NCBI GenBank assembly: GCA_043228905.1
Contig: JBHGNT010000279.1
Span: 1 to 40,221 of the forward strand
Direction: 5' to 3'
DNA: 40,221 nucleotides
From: Azolla caroliniana
Lineage: Eukaryota; Plantae; Polypodiophyta
Under the pieces are notes generated by a model, which saw nothing but the letters and a program-made list of their open reading frames with translations, was not told the origin of the DNA and did not search any database. Positions 11,101-26,200 of the stretch are shown one piece after another (the stretch's first letter is position 1; each line of letters opens with the position of its first letter). The position numbers and the translations under genes are program-made.

Positions 11101-14100
11101 TTAAAATCTTGATTTTTTAATTCCATATCATAGCTAGTGTTGTTAGCTTCGATACGCATGTTTGGACACAAAAATCCATATCACACGAGCCAGGTATGAC
11201 TATTTTAATTGACTCACGGGCTCTTCTCAAGTCCGTAATCAAAGTTGCTAATTTCTTCATGTCTCTCGACCTGAGTTTCAAAATCTTGATTTTTTAATTC
11301 CATATCATAGCTAGCGTTGTTAGCTTCGATACGCATGTTTGAACACAAAAATCCGATATCACACAAGCCAGTTATGAACATTTTAATTTACTCACGGGCT
11401 CTTCTTAACTCCCTACTCAAATTTGCTAATTTCTTCATGTCTCTCGACCTGAGTTTCAAAACCTTGATTTTTTAATTCCATATCATAGCTAGCGTTGTTA
11501 GCTTCGATGCGCATGTTTGAACACAAAAATCCGATATCACAAGAGCCAGGTATGAACATTTTAATTCACTCACGTGCTCTTCTTAACTCCCTCCTCAAAG
11601 TTGCTAATTTCTTCATGTCTCTCGACCTGAGTTTCAAAATCTTGATTTTTTAATTCCATATCATAGCTAGTGTTGTTAGCTTCGATACGCATGTTTGAAC
11701 ACAAAAATCCGATATCACACGAGCCAGGTATGAACATTTTAATTTACTCACGGGCTCTTCTTAACTCCCTACTCAAATTTGCTAATTTCGTCATGTCTCT
11801 CGACCTGAGTTTCAGAATCTTGATTTTTTAATTCCATATCATAGCTAGTGTTGTTACCTTCGATACGCATGTTTGAACACAAAAATCCGATATCACACGA
11901 GCCAGGTATGAACATTTTAATTTACTCACGGGCTCTTCTCAAGTCCCTACTCAAAGTTGCTAATTTCTTCATGTCTCTCGACCTGAGTTTCAAAATCTTG
12001 ATTTTTTAAGTCCATATCATAGCTAGCATTGTTAGCTTCGATACCAATGTTTGAACACAAAAATCCCATATCACATGAGCAAGGTATGACCATTTTAATT
12101 GACTCGCGGGCTCTTCTCAAGTCCCTAATCAAGGTTGCTAATTTCTTCATGTCTCTCGACCTAAGTTTCAAAATCTTGATTTTCTAATTCCATATCATAG
12201 CTAGCGTTGTTAGCTTCGATGCGCATGTTTGAACACAAGAATCCGATATCACGCGAGCCAGGTATGAACATTTTAATTCACTCACGTGCTCTTCTTAACT
12301 CCCTCCTCAAAGTTGCTAATTTCTTCATGTCTCTCGACCTGAGTTTCAAAACCTTGATTATTTAATTCGATATCATATCTAGGGTTATTAGCTTCGATAC
12401 GCATGTTTGAACACAAAAATCCGATATCACACGAGCCAGCTATGAACATTTTAATTCACTCACGGGCTCTTCTTAACTGCCTCCTCAAAGTTGCTAATTT
12501 CTTCATGTCTCTTGACCTGAGTTTCAGAATCTTGATTTTTTAATTCCATATCATAGCTAGCGTTGTTAGCTTCGATGCGCATGTTTGAACACAAAAATCC
12601 GATATCACAAGAGCCAGGTATGAACATTTTAATTCACTCACGTGCTCTTCTTAACTCCCTCCTCAAAGTTGCTAATTTCTTCATGTCTCTCGACCTGAGT
12701 TTCAAAATCTTGATTTTTTAATTCCATATCATAGCTAGTGTTGTTAGCTTCGATATGCATGTTTGAACACAAAAATCCGATATCACACGAGCCAGGTATG
12801 AACATTTTAATTGACTAACGATTTCGTCTCAAGTCCCTCCTCAAAGTTGCTAATTTCTTCATGTCTCTCGACCTGAGTTTCAAATCCTTGATTTTTTAAT
12901 TCCATATCATAGCTAGCGTTGTTAGCTTCGATGCGCATGTATGAACACAAAAATCCGATATCACAAGAGCCAGGTATGACCATTTTAATTGACTCACGGG
13001 CTCTTCTTAACTCCCTCCTCAAAGTTGCTAATTTCTTCATGTCTCTCGACCTGAGTTTCAAAATCTTGATTTTTTAATTCCATATCATAGCTAGTGTTGT
13101 TAGCTTCGATACGCATGTTTGGACACAAAAATCCGATATCACACGAGCCAGGTATGACTATTTTAATTGACTCACGGGCTCTTCTCAAGTCCGTAATCAA
13201 AGTTGCTAATTTCTTCATGTCTCTCGACTTGGGTTTTAAAATCTTGATTTTTTAATTCCATATCATAGCTAGTGTTGTTAGCTTCGATGCGCATGTTTGA
13301 ACACAAAAATCCGATATCACACGAGCCAGGTATGAACCTTTTAATTCACTCACGGGCTCTTCTTAACTCCCTACTCAAAGTTGCTAATTACTTCATGTCT
13401 CTGGACCTGAGTTTCAAAATCTTGATTTTTTAATTCCATATCATAGCTAGCGTTGTTAACTTCGATACGCATGTTTGAACACAAAAATCCGATATCACAC
13501 GAGCCAGGTATGAACCTTTTAATTCACTCACGGCACTTCTTCACTCCCTCCTCAAAGTTGCTAATTTCTTCATGTCTCTCGACCTAAGTTTCAAAATCTT
13601 GATTTTTTAATTCCATATCATAGCTAGCGTTGTTAGCTTCGATACGCATGTTTGAACACAAGAATCCGATATCACACGAGCCAGGTATGAACATTTTAAT
13701 TCACTCATGGGCTCTTCTTAACTCCCTCCTCAAAGTTGCTAATTTCTTCATGTCTCTCGACCTGAGTTTCAAAATCTTGATTTTTTAATTACATATCATA
13801 GCTAGCGTTGTTAGCTTCGATGCACATGTCTGAACATAAGAATCCGATATCACACGAGCCAGGTATGAACTTTTTAATTCCATCACGGGCTCTTCTTCAC
13901 TCCCTCCTCAAAGTTGCTAATTTCTTCATGTCTCTCGACCTGAGTTTCAAAACCTTGATTTTTTAATTCCATATCATAGCTAGCGTTGTTAGCTTCGATA
14001 CGCATGTTTGAACACAAAAATCCGATATCACACGAGCCAGGTATGAACATTTTAATTTACTCACTGGCTCTTCTCAAGTCCCTACTCAAATTTGCTAATT

Positions 14101-14366
14101 TCGTTGTGTCTCTTGACCTGAGTTTCAGAATCTTGATTTTTTAATTCCATATCATAGCTAGCGTTGTTAGCTTCGATGCGCATGTTTGAACACAAGAATC
14201 CGATATCACACGAGCCAGGTATGAACATTTTAATTCACTCACGTGCTCTTCTTAACTCCCTCCTCAAAGTTGCTAATTTCTTCATGTCTCTCGACCTGAG
14301 TTTCAAAATCTTGATTTTTTAATTCCATATCATAGCTAGTGTTGTTAGCTTCGATACGCATGTTTG
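8134..14366. repeat. Higher-order duplication with 19-monomer offset (3379 bp): about 8134-10987 repeated at about 11513-14366
   Basis: ORF pairs 8568/11947, 9428/12807 and 9615/12994 are all offset by 3379 = 19 x 178 - 3. The copies share rare variants tagggttattagc, gattttctaatt and cacggcacttc. Confidence 0.85.
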
Positions 14367-17300
14367 AACACAAAAATCCGATATCATACGTGCCAGGTAT
14401 GAACATTTTAATTCACTCACGGGCTCTTCTCAAGTCCCTACTCAAATTTGCTAATTTCGTTGTGTCTCTTGACCTGAGTTTCAGAATCTTGATTTTTTAA
14501 TTCCATATCATAGCTAGCGTTGTTAGCTTCGATGCGCATGTTTGAACACAAGAATCCGATATCACACGAGCCAGGTATGAACATTTTAATTCACTCACGT
14601 GCTCTTCTTAACTCCCTCCTGAAAGTTGCTAATTTCTTCATGTCTCTCGACCTGAGTTTCAAAATCTTGATTTTTTAATTCCATATCATAGCTAGTGTTG
14701 TTAGCTTCGATACGCATGTTTGGACACAAAAATCCATATCACACGAGCCAGGTATGACTATTTTAATTGACTCACGGGCTCTTCTCAAGTCCGTAATCAA
14801 AGTTGCTAATTTCTTCATGTCTCTCGACTTGGGTTTTAAAATCTTGATTTTTTAATTCCATATCATAGCTAGCGTTGTTAGCTTCGATGCGCATGTATGA
14901 ACACAAAAATCCGATATCACAAGAGCCAGGTATGACCATTTTAATTGACTCACCGGCTCTTCTTAACTCCCTCCTCAAAGTTGCTAATTTCTTCATGTCT
15001 CTCGACCTGAGTTTCAAAATCTTGATTTTTTAATTCCATATCATAGCTAGTGTTGTTAGCTTCGATACGCATGTTTGGACACAAAAATCTGATATCACAC
15101 GAGCCAGGTATGACTATTTTAATTGACTCACGGGCTCTTCTCAAGTCCGTAATCAAAGTTGCTAATTTCTTCATGTCTCTCGACTTGTGTTTTAAAATCT
15201 TGATTTTTTAATTCCATATCATAGCTAGTGTTGTTAGCTTCGATGCGCATGTTTGAACACAAAAATCCGATATCACACGAGCCAGGTATGAACCTTTTAA
15301 TTCACTCACGGGCTCTTCTTAACTCCCTACTCAAAGTTGCTAATTACTTCATGTCTCTGGACCTGAGTTTCAAAATCTTGATTTTTTAATTCCATATCAT
15401 AGCTAGCGTTGTTAACTTCGATACGCATGTTTGAACACAAAAATCCGATATCACACGAGCCAGGTATGAACCTTTTAATTCACTCACGGGCTCTTCTTAA
15501 CTCCCTCCTCAAAGTTGCTAATTACTTCATGTCTCTCGACCTGATTTTCAAAATCTTGATTTTTTAATTACATATCATAGCTAGCGTTGTTAGCTTCGAT
15601 ACGCATGTTTGAACACAAAAATCCGATATCACACAAGCCAGTTATGAACATTTTAATTTACTCACGGGCTCTTCTTAACTCCCTACTCAAATTTGCTAAT
15701 TTCTTCATGTCTCTCGACCTGAGTTTCAAAACCTTGATTTTTTAATTCCATATCATAGCTAGCGTTGTTAGCTTCGATGCGCATGTTTGAACACAAAAAT
15801 CCGATATCACAAGAGCCAGGTATGAACATTTTAATTCACTCACGTGCTCTTCTTAACTCCCTCCTCAAAGTTGCTAATTTCTTCATGTCTCTCGACCTGA
15901 GTTTCAAAATCTTGATTTTTTAATTCCATATCATAGCTAGTGTTGTTAGCTTCGATACGCATGTTTGAACACAAAAATCCGATATCACACGAGCCAGGTA
16001 TGAACATTTTAATTTACTCACGGGCTCTTCTTAACTCCCTACTCAAATTTGCTAATTTCGTCATGTCTCTCGACCTGAGTTTCAGAATCTTGATTTTTTA
16101 ATTCCATATCATAGCTAGTGTTGTTACCTTCGATACGCATGTTTGAACACAAAAATCCGATATCACACGAGCCAGGTATGAACATTTTAATTTACTCACG
16201 GGCTCTTCTCAAGTCCCTACTCAAAGTTGCTAATTTCTTCATGTCTCTCGACCTGAGTTTCAAAATCTTGATTTTTTAAGTCCATATCATAGCTAGCATT
16301 GTTAGCTTCGATACCAATGTTTGAACACAAAAATCCCATATCACATGAGCAAGGTATGACCATTTTAATTGACTCGCGGGCTCTTCTCAAGTCCCTAATC
16401 AAGGTTGCTAATTTCTTCATGTCTCTCGACCTAAGTTTCAAAATCTTGATTTTCTAATTCCATATCATAGCTAGCGTTGTTAGCTTCGATGCGCATGTTT
16501 GAACACAAGAATCCGATATCACGCGAGCCAGGTATGAACATTTTAATTCACTCACGTGCTCTTCTTAACTCCCTCCTCAAAGTTGCTAATTTCTTCATGT
16601 CTCTCGACCTGAGTTTCAAAACCTTGATTATTTAATTCGATATCATATCTAGGGTTATTAGCTTCGATACGCATGTTTGAACACAAAAATCCGATATCAC
16701 ACGAGCCAGCTATGAACATTTTAATTCACTCACGGGCTCTTCTTAACTGCCTCCTCAAAGTTGCTAATTTCTTCATGTCTCTTGACCTGAGTTTCAGAAT
16801 CTTGATTTTTTAATTCCATATCATAGCTAGCGTTGTTAGCTTCGATGCGCATGTTTGAACACAAAAATCCGATATCACAAGAGCCAGGTATGAACATTTT
16901 AATTCACTCACGTGCTCTTCTTAACTCCCTCCTCAAAGTTGCTAATTTCTTCATGTCTCTCGACCTGAGTTTCAAAATCTTGATTTTTTAATTCCATATC
17001 ATAGCTAGTGTTGTTAGCTTCGATATGCATGTTTGAACACAAAAATCCGATATCACACGAGCCAGGTATGAACATTTTAATTGACTAACGATTTCGTCTC
17101 AAGTCCCTCCTCAAAGTTGCTAATTTCTTCATGTCTCTCGACCTGAGTTTCAAATCCTTGATTTTTTAATTCCATATCATAGCTAGCGTTGTTAGCTTCG
17201 ATGCGCATGTATGAACACAAAAATCCGATATCACAAGAGCCAGGTATGACCATTTTAATTGACTCACGGGCTCTTCTTAACTCCCTCCTCAAAGTTGCTA

Positions 17301-20281
17301 ATTTCTTCATGTCTCTCGACCTGAGTTTCAAAATCTTGATTTTTTAATTCCATATCATAGCTAGTGTTGTTAGCTTCGATACGCATGTTTGGACACAAAA
17401 ATCCGATATCACACGAGCCAGGTATGACTATTTTAATTGACTCACGGGCTCTTCTCAAGTCCGTAATCAAAGTTGCTAATTTCTTCATGTCTCTCGACTT
17501 GGGTTTTAAAATCTTGATTTTTTAATTCCATATCATAGCTAGTGTTGTTAGCTTCGATGCGCATGTTTGAACACAAAAATCCGATATCACACGAGCCAGG
17601 TATGAACCTTTTAATTCACTCACGGGCTCTTCTTAACTCCCTACTCAAAGTTGCTAATTACTTCATGTCTCTGGACCTGAGTTTCAAAATCTTGATTTTT
17701 TAATTCCATATCATAGCTAGCGTTGTTAACTTCGATACGCATGTTTGAACACAAAAATCCGATATCACACGAGCCAGGTATGAACCTTTTAATTCACTCA
17801 CGGCACTTCTTCACTCCCTCCTCAAAGTTGCTAATTTCTTCATGTCTCTCGACCTAAGTTTCAAAATCTTGATTTTTTAATTCCATATCATAGCTAGCGT
17901 TGTTAGCTTCGATACGCATGTTTGAACACAAGAATCCGATATCACACGAGCCAGGTATGAACATTTTAATTCACTCATGGGCTCTTCTTAACTCCCTCCT
18001 CAAAGTTGCTAATTTCTTCATGTCTCTCGACCTGAGTTTCAAAATCTTGATTTTTTAATTACATATCATAGCTAGCGTTGTTAGCTTCGATGCACATGTC
18101 TGAACATAAGAATCCGATATCACACGAGCCAGGTATGAACTTTTTAATTCCATCACGGGCTCTTCTTCACTCCCTCCTCAAAGTTGCTAATTTCTTCATG
18201 TCTCTCGACCTGAGTTTCAAAACCTTGATTTTTTAATTCCATATCATAGCTAGCGTTGTTAGCTTCGATACGCATGTTTGAACACAAAAATCCGATATCA
18301 CACGAGCCAGGTATGAACATTTTAATTTACTCACTGGCTCTTCTCAAGTCCCTACTCAAATTTGCTAATTTCGTTGTGTCTCTTGACCTGAGTTTCAGAA
18401 TCTTGATTTTTTAATTCCATATCATAGCTAGCGTTGTTAGCTTCGATGCGCATGTTTGAACACAAGAATCCGATATCACACGAGCCAGGTATGAACATTT
18501 TAATTCACTCACGTGCTCTTCTTAACTCCCTCCTCAAAGTTGCTAATTTCTTCATGTCTCTCGACCTGAGTTTCAAAATCTTGATTTTTTAATTCCATAT
18601 CATAGCTAGTGTTGTTAGCTTCGATACGCATGTTTGAACACAAAAATCCGATATCATACGTGCCAGGTATGAACATTTTAATTCACTCACGGGCTCTTCT
18701 CAAGTCCCTACTCAAATTTGCTAATTTCGTTGTGTCTCTTGACCTGAGTTTCAGAATCTTGATTTTTTAATTCCATATCATAGCTAGCGTTGTTAGCTTC
18801 GATGCGCATGTTTGAACACAAGAATCCGATATCACACGAGCCAGGTATGAACATTTTAATTCACTCACGTGCTCTTCTTAACTCCCTCCTCAAAGTTGCT
18901 AATTTCTTCATGTCTCTCGACCTGAGTTTCAAAATCTTGATTTTTTAATTCCATATCATAGCTAGTGTTGTTAGCTTCGATACGCATGTTTGGACACAAA
19001 AATCCATATCACACGAGCCAGGTATGACTATTTTAATTGACTCACGGGCTCTTCTCAAGTCCGTAATCAAAGTTGCTAATTTCTTCATGTCTCTCGACTT
19101 GGGTTTTAAAATCTTGATTTTTTAATTCCATATCATAGCTAGCGTTGTTAGCTTCGATGCGCATGTATGAACACAAAAATCCGATATCACAAGAGCCAGG
19201 TATGACCATTTTAATTGACTCACCGGCTCTTCTTAACTCCCTCCTCAAAGTTGCTAATTTCTTCATGTCTCTCGACCTGAGTTTCAAAATCTTGATTTTT
19301 TAATTCCATATCATAGCTAGTGTTGTTAGCTTCGATACGCATGTTTGGACACAAAAATCTGATATCACACGAGCCAGGTATGACTATTTTAATTGACTCA
19401 CGGGCTCTTCTCAAGTCCGTAATCAAAGTTGCTAATTTCTTCATGTCTCTCGACTTGTGTTTTAAAATCTTGATTTTTTAATTCCATATCATAGCTAGTG
19501 TTGTTAGCTTCGATGCGCATGTTTGAACACAAAAATCCGATATCACACGAGCCAGGTATGAACCTTTTAATTCACTCACGGGCTCTTCTTAACTCCCTAC
19601 TCAAAGTTGCTAATTACTTCATGTCTCTGGACCTGAGTTTCAAAATCTTGATTTTTTAATTCCATATCATAGCTAGCGTTGTTAACTTCGATACGCATGT
19701 TTGAACACAAAAATCCGATATCACACGAGCCAGGTATGAACCTTTTAATTCACTCACGGGCTCTTCTTAACTCCCTCCTCAAAGTTGCTAATTACTTCAT
19801 GTCTCTCGACCTGATTTTCAAAATCTTGATTTTTTAATTACATATCATAGCTAGCGTTGTTAGCTTCGATACGCATGTTTGAACACAAAAATCCGATATC
19901 ACACAAGCCAGTTATGAACATTTTAATTTACTCACGGGCTCTTCTTAACTCCCTACTCAAATTTGCTAATTTCTTCATGTCTCTCGACCTGAGTTTCAAA
20001 ACCTTGATTTTTTAATTCCATATCATAGCTAGCGTTGTTAGCTTCGATGCGCATGTTTGAACACAAAAATCCGATATCACAAGAGCCAGGTATGAACATT
20101 TTAATTCACTCACGTGCTCTTCTTAACTCCCTCCTCAAAGTTGCTAATTTCTTCATGTCTCTCGACCTGAGTTTCAAAATCTTGATTTTTTAATTCCATA
20201 TCATAGCTAGTGTTGTTAGCTTCGATACGCATGTTTGAACACAAAAATCCGATATCACACGAGCCAGGTATGAACATTTTA
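11301..20281. repeat. Higher-order repeat: 24-monomer unit (4270 bp), about 2.1 near-identical copies
   Basis: Offsets 11947/16217, 12807/17077, 14772/19042 and 14950/19220 all equal 4270 = 24 x 178 - 2. The marker acacaagccagtt occurs at 11361, 15631 and 19901. Confidence 0.92.
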
Positions 20282-23200
20282 GTTGACTAACGATCTCGTC
20301 TCAAGTCCCTCCTCAAAGTTGCTAATTTCTTCATGTCTCTCGACCTGAGTTTCAAAATCTTGATTTTTTAATTCCATATCATAGCTAGCGTTGTTAGCTT
20401 CGATACGCATGTTTGAACACAAAAATCCGATATCACAAGAGCCAGGTATGACCATTTTAATTGACTCGCGGGCTCTTCTCAAGTCCGTAATCAAAGTTGC
20501 TAATTTCTTCATGTCTCTCGACCTGAGTTTCAAAATCTTTATTTTTTAATTCTATATCATAGCTAGCGTTGTTACCTTCGATGCACATGTCTGAACAGAA
20601 GAATCCGATATCACACGAGCAAGGTATGAACTTTTTAATTCCATCACGGGCTCTTCTTAACTCCCTCCTCAAAGTTGCTAATTTCTTCATGTCTCTCGAC
20701 CTGAGTTTCAAAATCTTGATTTTTTAATTCCATATCATAGCTAGCGTTGTTAGCTTCGATATGCAGGTTTGGACACAAAAATACGATATCACACGAGCCA
20801 GGTATGACTATTTTAATTCACTCACGGGCTCTTCTCAAGTCCGTAATCAAAGTTGCTAATTTCTTCATGTCTCTCGACTTGAGTTTCAAAATCTTGATTT
20901 TTTAATTCGATATTATAGCTAGCGTTGTTAGCTTCGATACGCATGTTTGAACACAAAAATCCGATATCACACGAGCCAGGTATGAACATTTTAATTTACT
21001 CACTGGCTCTTCTCAAGTCCCTACTCAAATTTGCTAATTTCGTCATGTCTCTCAACCTGAGTTTCAAAATCTTGATTTTTTAATTCCATATCATAGCTAG
21101 TGTTGTTAGCTTCGATACGCATGTTTGAACACAAAAATCCGATATCATACGTGCCAGGTATGAACATTTTAATTCACTCACGGGCTCTTCTCAAGTCCCT
21201 AATCAAAGTGGCTCCTCAAAGTTGCTAAATTCTGCATGTCTGTCGACCTGAGTTTCAAAATCTTGATTTTTTAAGTCCATATCATAGCTAGCATTGTTAG
21301 CTTCGATACGCATGTTTGAACACAAAAATCCGATATCACATGAGCCAGGTATGACCATTTTAATTGACTCGCGGGCTCTTCTCAAGTCCCTAATCAAAGT
21401 TGCTAATTTCTTCATGTCTCTCGACCTAAGTTTCAAAATCTTGATTTTTTAATTCCATATCATAGCTAGCGTTGTTAGCTTCAATGCGCATGTTTGAACA
21501 CAAGAATCCGATATCACACGAGCCAGGTATGAACATTTTAATTCACTCACGTGCTCTTCTTAACTCCCCCCTCAAAGTTGCTAATTTCTTCATGTCTGTC
21601 GACCTGAGTTTCAAAATCTTGATTTTTTAATTCCATATCATAGCTAGCGTTGTTAGCTTCGATGCACATGTCTGAACATAAGAATCCGATATCACACGAG
21701 CCAGGTTTGAACTTTTTAATTCCATCACGGGCTCTTCTTCACTCCCTCCTCAAAGTTGCTAATTTCTTCATGTCTCTCGACCTGAGTTTCAAATCCTTGA
21801 TTTTTTAATTCCATATCATAGCTAGCGTTGTTAGTTTCGATGCGCATGTTTGAACACAAAAATCCGATATCACAAGAGCCAGGTATGACCATTTTAATTG
21901 ACTCACGGGCTCTTCTTAACTGCCTCCTCAAAGTTGCTAATTTCTTCATGTCTCTCGACCTGAGTTTCAAAATCTTGATTTTTTAATTCCATATCATAGC
22001 TAGTGTTGTTAGCTTCGATACGCATGTTTGGACACAAAAATCCGATATCACACGAGCCAGGTATGACTATTTTAATTGACTCACGGGCTCTTCTCAAGTC
22101 CGTAATCAAAGTTGCTAATTTCTTCATGTCTCTCGACTTGGGTTTTAAAATCTTGATTTTTTAATTCCATATCATAGCTAGCGTTGTTAGCTTCGATGCG
22201 CATGTATGAACACAAAAATCCGATATCACAAGAGCCAGGTATGACCATTTTAATTGACTCGCGGGCTCTTCTCAAGTCCCTAATCAAGGTTGCTAATTTC
22301 TTCATGTCTCTCGACCTAAGTTTCAAAATCTTGATTTTTTAATTCCATATCATAGCTAGCGTTGTTAGCTTCGATGCGCATGTTTGAACACAAGAATCCG
22401 ATATCACGCGAGCCAGGTATGAACATTTTAATTCACTCACGTGCTCTTCTTAACTCCCTCCTCAAAGTTGCTAATTTCTTCATGTCTCTCGACCTGAGTT
22501 TCAAAATCTTGCTTTTTTAATTCCATATCATAGCTAGCGTTGTTAGCTTCGATACGCATGTTTGAACACAAAAATCCGATATCACACGAGCCAGGTATGA
22601 ACATTTTAATTTACTCACTGGCTCTTCTCAAGTCCCTACTCAAATTTGTTAATTTCGTTGTGTCTCTTGACCTGAGTTTCAGAATCTTGATTTTTTAATT
22701 CCATATCATAGCTAGCGTTGTTAACTTCGATACGCATGTTTGAACACAAAAATCCGATATCACACGAGCCAGGTATGAACCTTTTAATTCACTCACGGGC
22801 TCTTCTTAACTCCCTCCTCAAAGTTGCTAATTACTTCATGTCTCTCGACCTGATTTTCAAAATCTTGATTTTTTAATTACATATCATAGCTAGCGTTGTT
22901 AGCTTCGATACGCATGTTTGAACACAAAAATCCGATATCACACGAGCCAGTTATGAACATTTTAATTTACTCACGGGCTCTTCTTAACTCCCTACTCAAA
23001 TTTGCTAATTTCTTCATGTCTCTCGACCTGAGTTTCAAAACCTTGATTTTTTAATTCCATATCATAGCTAGCGTTGTTAGCTTCGATGCGCATGTTTGAA
23101 CACAAAAATCCGATATCACAAGAGCCAGGTATGAACATTTTAATTCACTCACGTGCTCTTCTTAACTCCCTCCTCAAAGTTGCTAATTTCTTCATGTCTC

Positions 23201-26200
23201 TCGACCTGAGTTTCAAAATCTTGATTTTTTAATTCCATATCATAGCTCGTGTTGTTAGCTTCGATACGCATGTTTGAACACAAAAATCCGATATCACACG
23301 AGCCAGGTATGAACATTTTAGTTGACTAACGATCTCGTCTCAAGTCCCTCCTCAAAGTTGCTAATTTCTTCATGTCTCTCGACCTGAGTTTCAAAATCTT
23401 GATTTTTTAATTCCATATCATAGCTAGCGTTGTTAGCTTCGATACGCATGTTTGAACACAAAAATCCGATATCACAAGAGCCAGGTATGACCATTTTAAT
23501 TGACTCGCGGGCTCTTCTCAAGTCCGTAATCAAAGTTGCTAATTTCTTCATGTCTCTCGACCTGAGTTTCAAAATCTTTATTTTTTAATTCTATATCATA
23601 GCTAGCGTTGTTACCTTCGATGCACATGTCTGAACAGAAGAATCCGATATCACACGAGCAAGGTATGAACTTTTTAATTCCATCACGGGCTCTTCTTAAC
23701 TCCCTCCTCAAAGTTGCTAATTTCTTCATGTCTCTCGACCTGAGTTTCAAAATCTTGATTTTTTAATTCCATATCATAGCTAGCGTTGTTAGCTTCGATA
23801 TGCAGGTTTGGACACAAAAATACGATATCACACGAGCCAGGTATGACTATTTTAATTCACTCACGGGCTCTTCTCAAGTCCGTAATCAAAGTTGCTAATT
23901 TCTTCATGTCTCTCGACTTGAGTTTCAAAATCTTGATTTTTTAATTCGATATTATAGCTAGCGTTGTTAGCTTCGATACGCATGTTTGAACACAAAAATC
24001 CGATATCACACGAGCCAGGTATGAACATTTTAATTTACTCACTGGCTCTTCTCAAGTCCCTACTCAAATTTGCTAATTTCGTCATGTCTCTCAACCTGAG
24101 TTTCAAAATCTTGATTTTTTAATTCCATATCATAGCTAGTGTTGTTAGCTTCGATACGCATGTTTGAACACAAAAATCCGATATCATACGTGCCAGGTAT
24201 GAACATTTTAATTCACTCACGGGCTCTTCTCAAGTCCCTAATCAAAGTGGCTCCTCAAAGTTGCTAAATTCTGCATGTCTGTCGACCTGAGTTTCAAAAT
24301 CTTGATTTTTTAAGTCCATATCATAGCTAGCATTGTTAGCTTCGATACGCATGTTTGAACACAAAAATCCGATATCACCTGAGCCAGGTATGACCATTTT
24401 AATTGACTCGCGGGCTCTTCTCAAGTCCCTAATCAAAGTTGCTAATTTCTTCATGTCTCTCGACCTAAGTTTCAAAATCTTGATTTTTTAATTCCATATC
24501 ATAGCTAGCGTTGTTAGCTTCAATGCGCATGTTTGAACACAAGAATCCGATATCACACGAGCCAGGTATGAACATTTTAATTCACTCACGTGCTCTTCTT
24601 AACTCCCCCCTCAAAGTTGCTAATTTCTTCATGTCTGTCGACCTGAGTTTCAAAATCTTGATTTTTTAATTCCATATCATAGCTAGCGTTGTTAGCTTCG
24701 ATGCACATGTCTGAACATAAGAATCCGATATCACACGAGCCAGGTTTGAACTTTTTAATTCCATCACGGGCTCTTCTTCACTCCCTCCTCAAAGTTGCTA
24801 ATTTCTTCATGTCTCTCGACCTGAGTTTCAAATCCTTGATTTTTTAATTCCATATCATAGCTAGCGTTGTTAGTTTCGATGCGCATGTTTGAACACAAAA
24901 ATCCGATATCACAAGAGCCAGGTATGACCATTTTAATTGACTCACGGGCTCTTCTTAACTGCCTCCTCAAAGTTGCTAATTTCTTCATGTCTCTCGACCT
25001 GAGTTTCAAAATCTTGATTTTTTAATTCCATATCATAGCTAGTGTTGTTAGCTTCGATACGCATGTTTGGACACAAAAATCCGATATCACACGAGCCAGG
25101 TATGACTATTTTAATTGACTCACGGGCTCTTCTCAAGTCCGTAATCAAAGTTGCTAATTTCTTCATGTCTCTCGACTTGGGTTTTAAAATCTTGATTTTT
25201 TAATTCCATATCATAGCTAGCGTTGTTAGCTTCGATGCGCATGTATGAACACAAAAATCCGATATCACAAGAGCCAGGTATGACCATTTTAATTGACTCG
25301 CGGGCTCTTCTCAAGTCCCTAATCAAGGTTGCTAATTTCTTCATGTCTCTCGACCTAAGTTTCAAAATCTTGATTTTTTAATTCCATATCATAGCTAGCG
25401 TTGTTAGCTTCGATGCGCATGTTTGAACACAAGAATCCGATATCACGCGAGCCAGGTATGAACATTTTAATTCACTCACGTGCTCTTCTTAACTCCCTCC
25501 TCAAAGTTGCTAATTTCTTCATGTCTCTCGACCTGAGTTTCAAAATCTTGCTTTTTTAATTCCATATCATAGCTAGCGTTGTTAGCTTCGATACGCATGT
25601 TTGAACACAAAAATCCGATATCACACGAGCCAGGTATGAACATTTTAATTTACTCACTGGCTCTTCTCAAGTCCCTACTCAAATTTGCTAATTTCGTTGT
25701 GTCTCTTGACCTGAGTTTCAGAATCTTGATTTTTTAATTCCATATCATAGCTAGCGTTGTTAACTTCGATACGCATGTTTGAACACAAAAATCCGATATC
25801 ACACGAGCCAGGTATGAACCTTTTAATTCACTCACGGGCTCTTCTTAACTCCCTCCTCAAAGTTGCTAATTACTTCATGTCTCTCGACCTGATTTTCAAA
25901 ATCTTGATTTTTTAATTACATATCATAGCTAGCGTTGTTAGCTTCGATACGCATGTTTGAACACAAAAATCCGATATCACACGAGCCAGTTATGAACATT
26001 TTAATTTACTCACGGGCTCTTCTTAACTCCCTACTCAAATTTGCTAATTTCTTCATGTCTCTCGACCTGAGTTTCAAAACCTTGATTTTTTAATTCCATA
26101 TCATAGCTAGCGTTGTTAGCTTCGATGCGCATGTTTGAACACAAAAATCCGATATCACAAGAGCCAGGTATGAACATTTTAATTCACTCACGTGCTCTTC

